Below, in pieces: positions 38,099 through 52,246 of a DNA stretch of 64,000 nucleotides. The stretch is from positions 103,664,001 to 103,728,000 of the forward strand of contig OZ287749.1 in the NCBI GenBank assembly GCA_965649765.1, read 5' to 3'. A program made the position numbers and the translations under genes. Origin of the DNA: Bispira polyomma (taxonomy: Eukaryota). The notes below the pieces were generated by a model that worked only from the letters and a program-made list of their open reading frames with translations, did no database searches and was not told the origin of the DNA. The first letter of the stretch is position 1. Each line of letters opens with the position of its first letter.

Positions 38099-39769
38099 CT
38101 ACGCCTTCTTCTTATTGTTGCATTCACTTTCAACATGGTAATTATTCCGTTTCAAATACCGGAAGCAGTACATGCAAAGGTGTTTGAATATCGTTGATCC
38201 CGTTGAATCTGTATGCTCCTGGGAGTGCTGGCAAGTACCCTCATTGTACCACTTGCAGGCCACCTTCTTCATCTTGGCCTCCGCCAGAGGAGTAACACCA
38301 GGGTTTGTCTTGGTCGACATAGTGGTAGAGCCACTAAATACAGCGGCCTGTGAATAAGTCAACCTATTTTCTGCCAACTTGGCAACGTCCGTCCACTTGG
38401 TGGATTCCTCCTCAATCTGGTGCATAGACACCGCATACGCCCCTCTGGCTATGGGCCAAGACAGATTTTCAGCCAGCTTCACCGTTTCATTCAGTTCACG
38501 CAACATAGCATACTTAATGGACAAGTCCTTAGTACCCAGAGCATTATTTAAACACCCAACCACAAAATTTCGCAAGGACAGGTCATCATAAGGCTGGCGC
38601 TTCCTAGCTGGCCCAGTGAGGCAAGACTCGTTTGGCCATCTGAAATGTAACACTGAGTTAGACGTCTCAATCACGTTATGGCGTCCACTCTTCTTCCTAC
38701 GTGTACCTTGGGCCATCTCTGACTTCACACGTGCTTCCAAGGCAGCAATTTTGTCATAAACAAGTTGTTGAACCATCGGGTTTGCACGTAAGGATTCCAT
38801 TGTGAGCTCTTCTGCAGACCTGTTTCTGTTGTGGGACGAGAGGTTGCTGAGGAGCCTCCATCTGAGCAGGAATGACACTAGAATGTACCTGGACCGAATT
38901 ACCATATTGATCCACGAGAGGATATAAATTGTTCGAGTTAATGTCCTTAGGTCTCGTATCATGTTTAACGTATAAGTATCAGGAAAAGTCTGATGGTAAG
39001 GTGTGAGATTTCCCTGAACGAGATTCTGCTGCGAGAAGTGCTGCGTCTGAGAGTGAAGTTGGTTCTGTATACCAGGATGACAAAAATCAGAGGACGGGAT
39101 GTGAGATCTCGGAGGAAGACGAGGGATCTTAAAATCAACGTGATCACGGGGCTGAGCCATAGGAGCACCTGCAGGGGCGCCGAGAGCAGCTGGGAGCTCG
39201 CGAGAAGTCTTCTGCTTCTTGCTTTTTCCGGGAGTGCGCTTGCTCTTCACATCCGAACCAGCCATCATATTGCCCTCATTGGAAAAATAATCGTGCCACC
39301 ATCAGACACACTAACATTCAAACTCCCCTGGTCTGAAAACAAGGGCTCACTATCCTCCACAATGGAACAGTCATCCTCACCCCCCCTCCTCACGGGGTAC
39401 AGTGTCACGTGAAGAGTCCCTGCAAGATCTCAAATTCTCGCCTAACTTGTGTTTCCTCTGACGAGATTTACCCACTGAAGTTTCCAAACGTTTCTCTATA
39501 GAATCCAACTTCTTGCTGAATGATTGCATGGTAGCCATCACAGTCGCGAGAACATTCTGAGCGAGAAGAGGAGGTTCACCAGCTGGCTGTACAGAGGCTA
39601 AAGTTCCCGCATTGCTGATAGTCTCCTGTCTACCAACTTCAGCTCTATCTGATTTTTTCCTGCCACGCACGCAACGAGAGTTCACTGGACACTCGTGGTC
39701 ACAATCGCATTTCTTACAAAACGCTACTTTGGGTGGTGTACCCATCGGATGTGAGGCTGTGGCCATCAT
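38099..39769 (-). pseudogene. gag: Gag-like protein of element 2 (frameshifted)
   Basis: CKKCDCDHECP N-terminus, RWPNE, WPIARGAYA, CKWYNEGTC..H..HLCMYC..H..C. Confidence 0.8.
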
Positions 39770-39923
39770 TAACTATAAATACCCAACAGAATACACCTAC
39801 ACTGTGCTTCCAGGCAAAGAAGTACAGAGTAATCCAGAGGAGTGTACACATAAAACAGTTTTTAAAAGTTCTTCACTCCTCGTCATTCAAATAAATTCTG
39901 AAGGAATTAATGGTGGTGAGATG

Positions 39924-39971
39924 TTTATATATGGGGGATGACGCAAGCAAGACGCGGCGGTTCTGATTGGT
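39924..39971 (-). promoter_or_regulatory. Putative Pol II promoter of element 2
   Basis: Minus strand reads CCAATCAG, then TGCGTCA, then TATATAAA, ~155 bp upstream of the gag ATG. Confidence 0.55.
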
Positions 39972-42189
39972 CAGCATAACTTAGAAGAGTCCATTAGTGG
40001 ACGAGTGTAATTTGGGGGAGATGGCTTCAGACTGAAGACAATATCGACCACACACGTGATATTGTATCCAGTTTGTGTAAGAGAGTAGCAATGGTTCTGT
40101 CAATTAAGTCCAGTTGATTTGAAAATAGTTGTGGAAATCAAGACAAGAGGTGTAAATAGTCGGTATTATATTATTGATACAGTTACATTTTAAGTTTGTA
40201 CAATAATCTGCCCAGTATTCTACTTTAACTTCCTTGATGACTCAACAAGTAACCTATTTGACCACAAACAAAAGAAGCATCTTTACTTATTTATGTTTTA
40301 TTGCACACTAGACTTGTTGTGTAATTAATTTATGGCTAATACGTCACTGTATAGTTCAGATAACAGGTTCCCCTAAAACATCTTTGCTGCAAGAGGGCAA
40401 TGATGGGGTGACATATGGCTTTACATCAATGTTATTCCTTCAAGCAGTAAGTCCATAAACAGTGGAGTTATTGTGTCATTCACCTTCGGTCTTGCTTCAT
40501 TGATGTAAATAACCATATCAGCAGCAATTTAAGTTCACTGGAAATTTTGATTTTAACTATTGGCTTATTGTTTAGTTAAAATATAACCACAAGTTTAAAG
40601 TATAACTAACTATTAGTTTTCTCTATGTCTACGCTTTAGCAAAAATTGCTAAAATTAATTTCTGGTGAATATATCCACCAATATAGTATATTGTGACTCA
40701 CTGACAAGCTCAAAGTGTGTTCTATTAACACAATTTTATAGTCTTACAGCATAACTGTGTGGGCAAATATAATACACAATGTAACTAGTAAATATCAAAT
40801 AAGTAAAAACAAAGTATTTTTTATCGTGTCAGCAATACATTTTCTCATATAGAATAAGAGATTTTTTTTTTATTTTAACTTAAGTGTTTTTCAAGAATAT
40901 GTTCAAAAGCTTGATCAGTGAAGATAAATTAGAACCAACTAAAGTTAATAGAGTTATAAAACCATAGATAGAGGAAGGGGGTCGCATATTATTACATCGT
41001 ATATAGCTTCTGTAAAACAACACAAAAGAGATAAGATGTCCTTGGTATCAGTTGGCAATGGATAATTGTGAACTGTAAAGGTTAAATAACAACATTTGTG
41101 TAGTTAAGTGTTTCTTTTCACAGACTTGAAACCTGAGAATGTAATTTAAAGGACTGACTCTTTTTAATAGATGAAATTTATTTGGACATATAATGTTTCT
41201 TTGTACAGCAAGTAATCTAAAAGAATAGTTTGTAATGTTTTCTGGAATGGCACCATTTAAAAAAGTATATTCTTGCTGTAAAGTGACCTCAAAAAGCTTG
41301 TTAAGTAATATTGTATTTGATTATTATGTGTAATAAATTTCATATCGAGGTGTTTTATCTATTTGTTACTTCATCCCACATAATACATATTGGAGTCTTT
41401 GTGATCTTGATGGTCCACACCAAATATTTAATCTTCATAATTATCTTCATAATCTTCATTGTTCACACTTTCCTCTTGATTAACAGTTCAAGGGAATCCA
41501 ATTATGACTGGGTGTCAAATCTCAAATCCAACAACATCTCTCTTCTCTTACACTTATTCAATTGGATTTCATCATCTTCAAATGTACGATACAATTAGCA
41601 TTATCTACCACAACATAAGTCAAGTGTTTTCCTAAATACAGCCCTGGCAGCATACTTAGCAACTAATCCTTTCAAATCTGATAAAGTTTATATTTAGGAA
41701 GCTTAGTTTCCCACATTGTTTTAAGCCAATGGTAGGAAGTCATCACACAGGTGTATTAAAGTTTTCCAACCCTCTAAAAGTCCTTTAACCATATAATGCA
41801 GCCTTAAATAGTATATTTGGTTATAAATACAAAAATCTCAAGAATGATATCAAAATGTTTCTACATATTTATTTTCTAATATTTCATGGGGCTATTGTTT
41901 ATTCGTTACATAAAACATCTGTGCTGCTAATGACACTTGCTACTGTTGCCTAGTCAGCTGTTATGCTGTATGAGTATTCACATGGCGTCTATAAAATAAT
42001 GGTTTGACACCCTGCCCCAGTATTTATGTGAAAAACATGGCAGTAGACTTTTTGAAGGCCAGTGGTTTGTGGGAAAAAACTTGGCAAACTACCATGTTAC
42101 CCCAACAATAAACTACCCACTGCAATGTTAAACCCCAAACTAAAACTACACACAAGACCCTTTTTAAAACATAAAATGTGACATTGTGT

Positions 42190-42610
42190 GAATCACAAAC
42201 ATATCTTTTTGTATAACATACAGCAGAATATAAATAATTACTGTCTTTTGGGCATAAGGTCCATTTATAGCATACAGTACATACTGTACTATTACTTGCT
42301 GCATGACTTCAAGTCTCTGTGCATTGAAAAGGACTTGACTTAAAGTCAATCCTCTAAATTCAACTTAAAAAAAACTTTGAGTTTCCAACTCAAATTCGAC
42401 TTCTTCCTGTAATTTGAGGTCACCTTAAGCTCAGATATAGCGTTCTTTAACTCATTTGCTATGGTGACCTCAAACCGAGTTAAGATGGTTTACACCTTAT
42501 GCAAAGTTGACCTTATGCCCTCACATAACTTAATTGTACAAAAACTTAAATAATAACTTTTTAATAAATATTTAAACCACATTTCTGGGTCTCTGCTAGT
42601 CTTCACTGGG
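42190..42610 (+). mobile_element. Non-coding hairpin-rich insertion resembling a YR-retrotransposon B repeat (paralog ~52965-53376)
   Basis: Absent from A-type units; TGTGT at both junctions; 12-bp IR TTTGAGGTCACC/GGTGACCTCAAA; shares AGGTCACCYTAAGCTC with the element 1 B repeat. Confidence 0.55.
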
Positions 42611-45286
42611 TGTGTATTGTACTAAAAAAATTCATTTGCAGTAATTTTATCTAGCAATGTCATAGTAAGCCACAAACACCTTAGTATATTTATTACACAC
42701 CCATTTTAATAAATTTACCGCTAGACCACTGATCCAAGTAATGGGACTTTCACATTTTTACTCCCTGGCTTTAATGCAGCCAGAAACAAACAGCGGGCAT
42801 GTTTATGTGTGGCCTATTGTCTTGGCTAGTGGAGGATTACTGTGAACGCACAAAATATCATTTTTTTATAATTGATGGCAGGGATGAAAAGGGTAGTTGA
42901 TTTACCTCTAGTGTAAAGAGAAAAAACCCCAATAACAATATGCCGTAACATCACAAGCTTGAGGATGACCATTTATCAATGCTTCTATGCTTGTTTAGCA
43001 TGTCTCTTGTGATAGAATATAAAGATAAATAACTGCAGTTTTAGCTGGTCATACCCTACTTACTCACCAATGTCAGTTCAAATCCTGTTCATTCCTTTAT
43101 GTGGTAAAGTTTGTCAGGTACTTGCTGTGGGTCGATGGTTTACAATGCTTCAGCACTGGTTTCAGCCACCATTGAATCTGGCCCTCTTAATATGACCGAG
43201 GATGTTGAAAGACACAACTAAATTTAGAACTAACTGTTTCTAACGGCTTTCTGATTACAACCTCTAGACTGGTTTATTTTTTGATGTAATGATTCTAGTA
43301 TTTTGTAGCCGGATTAGAGTCACAAATTTTTTAGTGCTTACAACTATTATTTCTTTGTAATCATATTCTGTCGCCTTATGTTAACATTAGAGGGGATAAT
43401 AAAAAACTCATTGGAAAAAGAAGTAGATATTTAGTGCAAATATCTATTTAGATGTCTTATTCGTGCACTGTATACTACTCCACTTGGTGAAGTAATATCC
43501 TCCCCCCATCCCCCAAAAAAATGAATGTTTCTATGTCTTTGAAAGCAACCCAAAAAACCTCAAAACATGTTGAACATGCATGCCAATTAATTTACCTCAT
43601 TAACTTAAAATGCTGAATCAGGTTATGGGCTTTATCTAGTAATGGAATACAAAAGTGTGAAACAAAAAAGTTATAAATTTGATGCCAAGATTGTCCTTAT
43701 TAATTATATTTACCTTCTCCTTTGCATACGATTACAAAGAAAAACTCAAGGGTAATGCTGGATTTTTGTGATCACCTTGCAACATTTCGTATTATCTGTT
43801 GAAAATACTAGCTAATCAGATTCTTCAACTGTTAGTCTGTATTAAGTTGTGCACTTACATAAGAGTTAACATTTAATGGTTATGTATATTTCTGAAAAAC
43901 CTTTGCTTCTGTCAGTCAATGGTCTTTGTTTGAAGTAATTTTGTTCTTTACACATCATTGATGTTGATATTCATCGATTTTTGCAAATTAAGATTGGCCT
44001 ACCACCCGAACAATTAGATAAGTATTATTCCGACTTTTTAAAATTTTAAAGCCAAAAAATAACTTTCAATGTTGAAACACATTTCAAATTCATTTATTTA
44101 TTTATTAAGGCATTGCAACATGACTAATTATTCACATTTCTGTAGATATCGTGATTGCCTGTACTAATGCTTGATATTATATAATGCAACTAAATTAATA
44201 GGATAAAGAGCTGAGAAAGTTACAATTTGGGGAGACATATTCTAAAGCTTTTTCAAAACTCAAATTTCCTATGTTTACATATTACTTCTTTGTTTTAAAT
44301 GTTTGGTTTGCATTTAATAAATGTATAAACTCAGTGTTGTCCTAAAACCAACTAATATTTTTTTTTAAATTACGAAATTACTTACTCCAAATTGCAAACA
44401 ATGAGCCAATCTAAACTTGAAAATTCTGCAGAAACTGTGTACCTAGTATCAAACATATTTACATTTATAAATTTAGCTATTGACTGGTTCAGCCAGTGGT
44501 TCTACACATTGGTGTCTACATGTAACATTATGTAACTGCCAATTCTTTTTAAATCACTTCCCAATGAATTGATGGTTTCTTCCTGGTAATGACCAATCTG
44601 GAACCAAACCCCCTTTCCCTCTTCCGGTTTAGTCACACCAATTTGTCTAGCCATCATTGCCCTGTAAAATAATAATAAGAGAAATCCCTTGAACGATAAC
44701 CAATAAAATCACACCATTTGACCCATTTATTCACTGGCCAACAACATGCTTATTTATCTCTTTTAAGGGCTTATGCTAGTTTGTGTAGGGAGACAAGCAA
44801 CGAATATGTTCACTAAGTTCAGTTTAATTGCAAATATTTTTCTAAATCAAAACTTAATACAAACCTCTACACAAACTCATGCCCACAAACACGAATTCAC
44901 ACAACACCACACACACACACACAAGCACATACAGTATGTTCATAAAAAGTGGGATTATTATCCAACTGACCTCTGGTCTTGCGCTATTCACGTAAAGTAC
45001 TGCAGAAGTGATAATTTCAATTGGCAAAGAATTTCACTGATTTACAAGTAATTTGTAATTATTAATTTTAACTATTGTCTATTTGCTGAGTCAAAATATA
45101 AATTTGTTTTAAAGTATCATTAGAGATAAACTTTCCCACTACTCATTAGTTAAAATAGCTGAAATTATTTTCACTAATATAGGGTATGATGACTTATTAA
45201 TAGACACTTTCTTTGTGTGTGGATGTAAGTAACGAATAATAAACAACTGTGGATATTAAGGAAATGAAATTTACAAATAACAAATG

Positions 45287-45327
<41 letters not shown>

Positions 45328-47299
45328 AAACAATAAATGGCCTCTATCTAATGGGTCTGATTTTTTATCTTAACAATCTTCCAAGAATCAGAAGCTTGAT
45401 CTTTGGAGGCAAATTAGAACCAAGCAAATTTCTAAATAGTTATACAACCACAGATGGAGGAAGGGGATGGCATAAAATAAATTGGTAATAGCTTCTGTCA
45501 TACCCTGTGTCATGCAATACACATTTCACAAAGAGACAAGAAATCCTTGGTACCACCCGTTAACAATGGATTAAATTGTTAAAATTGTTTTTTAGTTAAT
45601 TATTTTTTTCACCAGACCTCTGAAACCATTTTTTAGGACTGACGTTTTTCAAATAGACAAAATATTTATTAGGACACTTACTGTGTGATGGTGGGTATCA
45701 ATGGGAAGTAATCCATCATAATAGTTTGTACTGTTTTGTGGGATGTCACAATTTTGACATGCTATTCAACTGTGACCAACTGTGACTAACCCCAAAAGAC
45801 TTGTTAGGCGATATTGGATTTGATTATCTGCACAAAGTATTTTCTATTGAGACCGATCAGTTAGTTTTGAATTCATCTCCCACACAAAAAGTTAAGGCAT
45901 TTTGGGCAGATTTGTTTAAAACATTGCAATTAACATTAGTAAAACAAACAACACTGGAATGTATTTTACTGTCTGCGGGTATAATGATGACAGGAATGAA
46001 GAAAATCAGAATAAACTGCCTTCGAAAGAGAGTTGGGCGGGTATATGGTGAGAGAGAAATTAGGCAACATCTATAAACAAAAGCCTATTTGCCAAATATT
46101 AACGCCAAATTATGACACACAAGATATATAAAATCTACATAACAGATAGCACACTTCCTCTTGAGTAACAAAGACCAAGAAAGTACGATCATAATTACGA
46201 GTCTGATGCTTATTAAAGCATATTTTATCATCCTCAGATATATGATATGATTGGCATCATTCTTACTATATTTAGATATGACATTGAAACATTAGCAAAC
46301 AATTATATCTAAATGTTTTATACATATATGGGGATATTGTCTATTGTTTTAAGAAGCTGTTCTACTAATGACACTTTACAGTTCTGCTTCTGTGGCCTAG
46401 TGCGTATCTAACTCATTTGGTAATGCAGAGTGATAATAGACACTTCTGCCTGTCGCCTATAAAATAATGGGTTTAACACCCAGCCCCAGTATTTATGTGG
46501 GAAGCATTGCAGTAGACTTCTTGAAGGCCAGTGGTTTGTGGGAAAGTAAAGTTGGCAAACTACCCTGTTTTGCTTTCCTCTAGCAATAAACTACCCATTG
46601 GGATGTTAAAACCTATATACTAGCCCTCCATACTAAAACTACATACAAGACCCTATTTTAAACATAAAATGTGACATTGTGTATTCTTCTAAAAATCCAT
46701 TCTTATTTCATTTTCAGTTATTTTATGGAGGTATGTATTGGTTCTATTTACTTGATATGGTGATTAATATAGCATTGTATTCCTAACAGGGGACGGCTGT
46801 GGCTTAGAAGCTAATGTGGGTTTGAATCCCATTCGTTCCTTCATGAGAACAGTGAAAAGGTTTGTCAGGTACTTGCTGCAGGTTGGTAGTTTACATTCGC
46901 TTCAGCACTGGTTACTGCTACCACAAAATTGTGATATGACCCAACCTGTAGAAACAATATCAAACCCCCAAAAGTCAAATTTAGGGATGTTAGGTCTTAC
47001 ATCATAGGACTTTATAATCAGTGGTCAAAACACCTCTTATGATTGATCATAAATCCCTTAACACCAATAATCTGCAAGTCCTGATACAATAAGCAGTTGT
47101 TAAAAGGGATAAAACAGTATCAATTAACAAATAAACAAACCCAGTTGATGCATATTGATGTTAAATATATACCACCATGATGTGCACAAATGTGTTATTA
47201 TTTACTATTACAATTATTTCTATAGCACTCTCTCTAAACAAATAGCTCAGAGTGCTTAAAAATATAGACAAAAAAGTTACAAATTTATATGTAGATACC

Positions 47300-47780
47300 A
47301 GGTAATGTTTTTATTTCTATAGCACCACAATAGATGACTAGGCATCCTCTGTGGCACATATCTTAGTAAGTGTGCAAAAGCATAGTCCGGTAGACGGTAA
47401 AAGGTTTGCGATAAGAGATTCAGTAGTGACCATCAGATGCATGCTAGGGTGGAAAAGCGAGTTGATACAGATGTGTTTTGAGCCTTTTTCTGAGACTGGT
47501 AGGGATGCTATTCCACTCAGCATGTGCTGCAACTGAGAATGATTTTGAACCAACTTGTTTTGGTTTTTTTTGGAAGGAAACCAGAGGTGGAGAGACGATT
47601 GCCTCTGGTGAGATTGTTGAGAGACAGCATAGATGCTAAGTAGGCAGGTTGATGTACATGGACTGATAATGAGGACAATTACCTTAACTTTAATACGAAA
47701 CTCAATAGGTAACTAATGTAATTGTTTCAGCAGGGGAGTATTGTGAGTGCAAGGGCCATCATGGCTTACAATTCTGCACA
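47300..47780 (-). mobile_element. L2/CR1-like LINE 3' fragment
   Basis: Broken translation PLLKQLH*LPIEFRIK and WNSIPTSLRKRLKTHLY. Confidence 0.65.
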
Positions 47781-50700
47781 GGTTATTTTGTATTTTCTGT
47801 AGTTTGTAAAGAAAAAGTTTGTAAAGTACAGAAATGTAGTAAACATTTTGTAAAAGTGAAAAGTAAAACTACTTTAATGTGCACTGGAACTTTACTCCAA
47901 AGAAGAGGAACAGCCACAGTAAATGGACAGTCTCCATATCTATTGTATGATCTGTACTCAGCCTGTGTTGTTCTTGAGATCTTACATGGCATGTTGGGTT
48001 GTAAGGTTTAATAAGTTCTGACAAATACAGAGTTGCTGTATTGTGTAGACAGTTATATATATATGAACAAGAACTTTTAAGTCAATATAAATGTTACTGG
48101 TTTATTATGTTCATTACTTTATATGTATTTTTGTTATAAAGTATCTTTCGCTACCATACATACTCCATTACTCTAAAGCAACTCTACCTCAAACTCTGCT
48201 TTACTGTTTAGTACTAATCCACAAACACCCTGACTATATTTATTACACACCCATTTCAATTAATTTGCCCCTAGAACACTTATGCAAGTAATGGGACTTT
48301 CACATTTTACTCAGCTTCAATGCAGTCAGGGACAAACTGCGGGCATGTTTATGTGTAACATATTGTCTTTGCTGGAGGAAGAAGTGGTGTGGTGGATAAC
48401 TGTAAATGCACAAAAATATCTTCTTGTTCAAATTTCTGGCAGGGAACGAAGAGCAGAGAATTTACCTCTAATATTAAGCAAAAATACAAAAACAATATGC
48501 TACAACATCAGAGACTTAAGGATGATATTGTATTACTGGTTCTATGGTACTTCAGCTTGTCAGCCGGGAGAAGACCTAAAGATGAAGAACTGCCATTTTA
48601 AGTGGTCATGCCCTACTTTATCTGTGTTTTAGTATATGTGTTTTAGTGAATGGGTCACCATGACAGGTATAGACAGTCTATATGTACCTGTACCTAATGT
48701 CTTTCTGACAGCCTCTGGACTGCTGGCTTAATTCTTTGCTGAGTGAATCTCTTATTTTTAGACATAATAGAGTCAGAAATGTTTAACTTTTTTTCTCATG
48801 CTATTATTCTTTCACCTCACTTCAACGTTGGAGGATATATCTAAGAAACCCATTTTCACAGGAAATAGATATTTAGTACAAATATATGTTCAAATATACA
48901 ATGTAATGATCAGTTGTAAATTTCAACTTTAACTTGAAGAAAATGATATTAACATAAGATTAACATAAGATCTTTGTTAACTGTCACAGGAAGTTTATAA
49001 TTATAACAGATATTTAGATGTACTCCATTTTAATGTGATAAATTAACCCTAGAGACCTTGACCTTTAAATCAAAAACTATTTACCACTAGTTCATATTTG
49101 ATAGGGGTCGCCAGGAAACAGCAATGTAGTTTGTAATCACCCTCTCTTTATATGCTAATGGAAAATACCACTTAGGTGTAAGTTTACACAAGCACCGATA
49201 ATTTAATGCAACAAAAAAGCACTAAATCTAAATATGGAAAAAAAATATCATTCAGCTGTAATAAGAGTCGAAATGAAGTACCCTCTCATTATAAAAAAGA
49301 AAACAATATTTTTAGAATATGTTATAACCTCATATGATCCAATTTTTTCAGTACTAATCAAAGAATATCTAAAAATGTTGCATATCCATAGTGTACAAAG
49401 GCACGATACAATATAAGTTTGAGGTCAAAGATGTCTTTATGAACTATATATACCTTTTTCTTTGCACACCATTACAAAGAAAAACTCTAGTGTAATGCAA
49501 GGTTTTTGTGATAACAATGCATCATTTCATATTATCTGTTCAAAATATCAACTGTATGAACTTGTGCTTGAATAAGAGTTAACATTTAATGGTTGTGCTT
49601 TTTTCTAGACCTTTCGCTTCTTCTGCCAATGATCATTGTATGAAGTGATCTTGTAATCTACACATCATTGATGTTGATCGTCATTGCAAATTAAGGTTGA
49701 TCTACCACGTGCCCTTAATTTAAGGATTATTACCGATTTTTTTTTTTCATTTTAAAGCTAGCAAATTACTGTCAATGTTGAAAGACATTTCAAATTCCTC
49801 CTGTTGGTCACTTCCTTATTTGTTTATTTATTAATGTATTGCAAAATGACTAATTCTATCTTACTCTAAATGAATATAGAGTTTTTTTCATATTCTGTCG
49901 TTAAAGTATTGCATGTAATCATTCTTGAGATAATATGCTGCAACTAAATTAATAGGTTGAAGTGCTGAGAAAGTTACATTTTAGTGAGAAATATTGCATT
50001 GTCGCCTATTTGAACCCTTGGATATCTAAAAGGGCTTATGCAAAAATAAAACCTCCTAAGTTTACATATCAATTCTTAAATTTAAATGTTTGGATTACAT
50101 TTGATGAATTTAAAGTTTATGGTATACCTAAACCAAACAATATATGTTCCAAATTCCAAAATTAGTTACTCCGAATTACAAACAAGGAGCCAATCTAAAT
50201 GGTAAGATTCCGCAAAAACTGTGTACACATTGTTTTCTACATGCTGTAGTATTCTACAACTGCCAGATTACTTTACATAATTTTTCAATGAATTAATGGT
50301 TCCTTCATGGTAATGGTAAATCTGACACGAAACCCCCTTCCTCCCTCCTAGTGTAGTGACGCCAATTTGTCTGCCATCATTGCCCTGTGAGATAATAATC
50401 CTTCCAACAGAAACCAATAGGGGAACACAATTTGACCCATTAATTGACTGACCAAGGACATGTTTATCTTCCTTATAGGTTTATGCTAGTTTGTGTAAGA
50501 GAGTAGCAATGGTTCTGTCAATTAAGTCCAGTTGATTTGAAAATAGTTGTGGAAATCAAGACAAGAGGTGTAAATAGTCGGTATACAGTGTTATATAAAT
50601 CCTAAGCATGACTAAGGGACTAACACTTTTATAACAACCTGTTTCTAGAGAAAATCCCTGAATAATTATATTATTGATACAGTTACATTTTAAGTTTGTA

Positions 50701-51993
50701 CAATAATCTGCCCAGTATTCTACTTTAACTTCCTTGATGACTCAACAAGTAACCTATTTGACCACAAACAAAAGAAGCAATTGGCCTTTGATTTTTACTT
50801 AATTTTGTTTTATTGCACACTAGACTTGTTGTGTAATTAATTTATGGCTAATATGTCACTGTAGAGTTCAGATAACAGGTTTCCCTAAAACACCTTTGCT
50901 GCAGGAGGGCAATGATGGGGGTGACATATGGCTTTACATCAATGTTATTCCTTCAAGCAGTAAGTCCATAAACAGTGGAGTTATTGTGTCATTCATCTTC
51001 GGTATTGCACCATTGATGTAAATAACCATATCAGCAGCACTTTAAGTTCATTGGAAATTTTGATTTTAACTATTGGCTTATTGTTTAGTTAAAATATAAC
51101 CACAAGTTTAAAGTATAACTAGCTATTAGTTTTCTCTATGTCTACGCTTTAGCAAAAATTGCTAAAATTAATTTCTGGTGAATATATCCACTAATATAGT
51201 ATATTGTGACTCACTGACAAGCTCAAAGTGTGTTCTATTAACATAATTTTATCGTCTTACAACATAACTGTGTGGGCAACTATAATACACAATGTAACTA
51301 GTAAATATTAAATAAGTAAAAACGGAATATATATATATATCCTGTCAGCAATACATTATCTCGCATAGAATGCGAGATTATTTTTTTTATCTTAACTTAA
51401 GTGTTTTTCAAGATCATGTTCAAAAGCTTGATCAGTGAAGATAAAGTAGAACCAACTAAAGTTCATAGAGTTATAAAACCATAGATAGAGGAAGGGGGTG
51501 GCATATTATTACATCATAGTAGCTTCTGTAAAACTACATAAAAGAGACAAGCTGTCCTTGGTATCAGTTGGCAATGGATAATTGTGAACTGTAAAGGTTA
51601 AACAACAACATTTGTGTAGTTAAGTGTTTCTTTTCACAGACTTGAAACCTGAGAATGTAATTTAAAGGACTGACTCATTTTAATAGATAACATTTATTTG
51701 GACATATAATGTTTCTTTGTACAGCAAGTAATCAAAAAGAATAGTTTGTAATGTTTTCTGGGATGGCACTAAAAAGTATATTCTTGCTGTAAAGTGACAT
51801 CAAAAAGCTTGTCAGGTAGTATTGTATTTGATTATTATGTGTAATATCTTTCATATTGATGTGTTTTATCTATTTGTTACTTCATCCCACGTAATACATA
51901 TTGGAGACTTTGTGATCTTGATGGTTCACACCAAATATTTAATCTTCATAATCATTTTTATAATTTTCCTTATTCACACTTTCCTCTTGGGTA

Positions 51994-52246
51994 GGGGCCG
52001 CGGTGGCCTAGTGGTTAGCAAGCATTGCGCTTCACAATCACTGGTCTCTCACCTCTGGGCGGCTTTAGTTCGAATCCCGTCAATGCCTATGTGGGAAAGG
52101 TGGTAATCCTTGCTGTAGGCCGCTGGTTTCTCTATAGAACCTTGACCGACTGTATGCAGTGTTTACTCCAGCGTTTCCAACTACCCGTCCCAATATAACC
52201 TACTAAAAGGTACTAGAGTGGACGTTAAATATCCAAATTCAAATTC
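51994..52246 (+). mobile_element. Young tRNA-derived SINE
   Basis: A-box GTGGCCTAGTGG, B-box GTTCGAATCC, CAAATT tail; 14-bp TSD TTTCCTCTTG(G/A)GTA; absent from the paralogous site near 41470. Confidence 0.9.

Larger units (their letters stand above)
35335..40069 (-). mobile_element. Ngaro/DIRS-type YR retrotransposon, copy 2 (3' truncated, divergent family)
   Basis: gag, RT-RNase H and partial YR; 5' end rejoins background at AGTTTGTGTAAG; no B repeats or YR C-terminus. Confidence 0.88.

Noticed and set aside
37018-39941. Antisense and overlapping short ORFs in YR elements (also 5440-7866 and 55147-58051)
   Set aside because: Shadow frames of gag and pol with no motifs and no conservation among the three elements
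42720-42860. Toll-like receptor/LRR identity for the array unit (KCESP, Cys-rich bits)
   Set aside because: Cys spacing does not fit LRRCT and no LRR or TIR motifs could be recovered
51994-52085. tRNA gene
   Set aside because: A and B boxes belong to a SINE head followed by a body, tail and TSD; no clean cloverleaf
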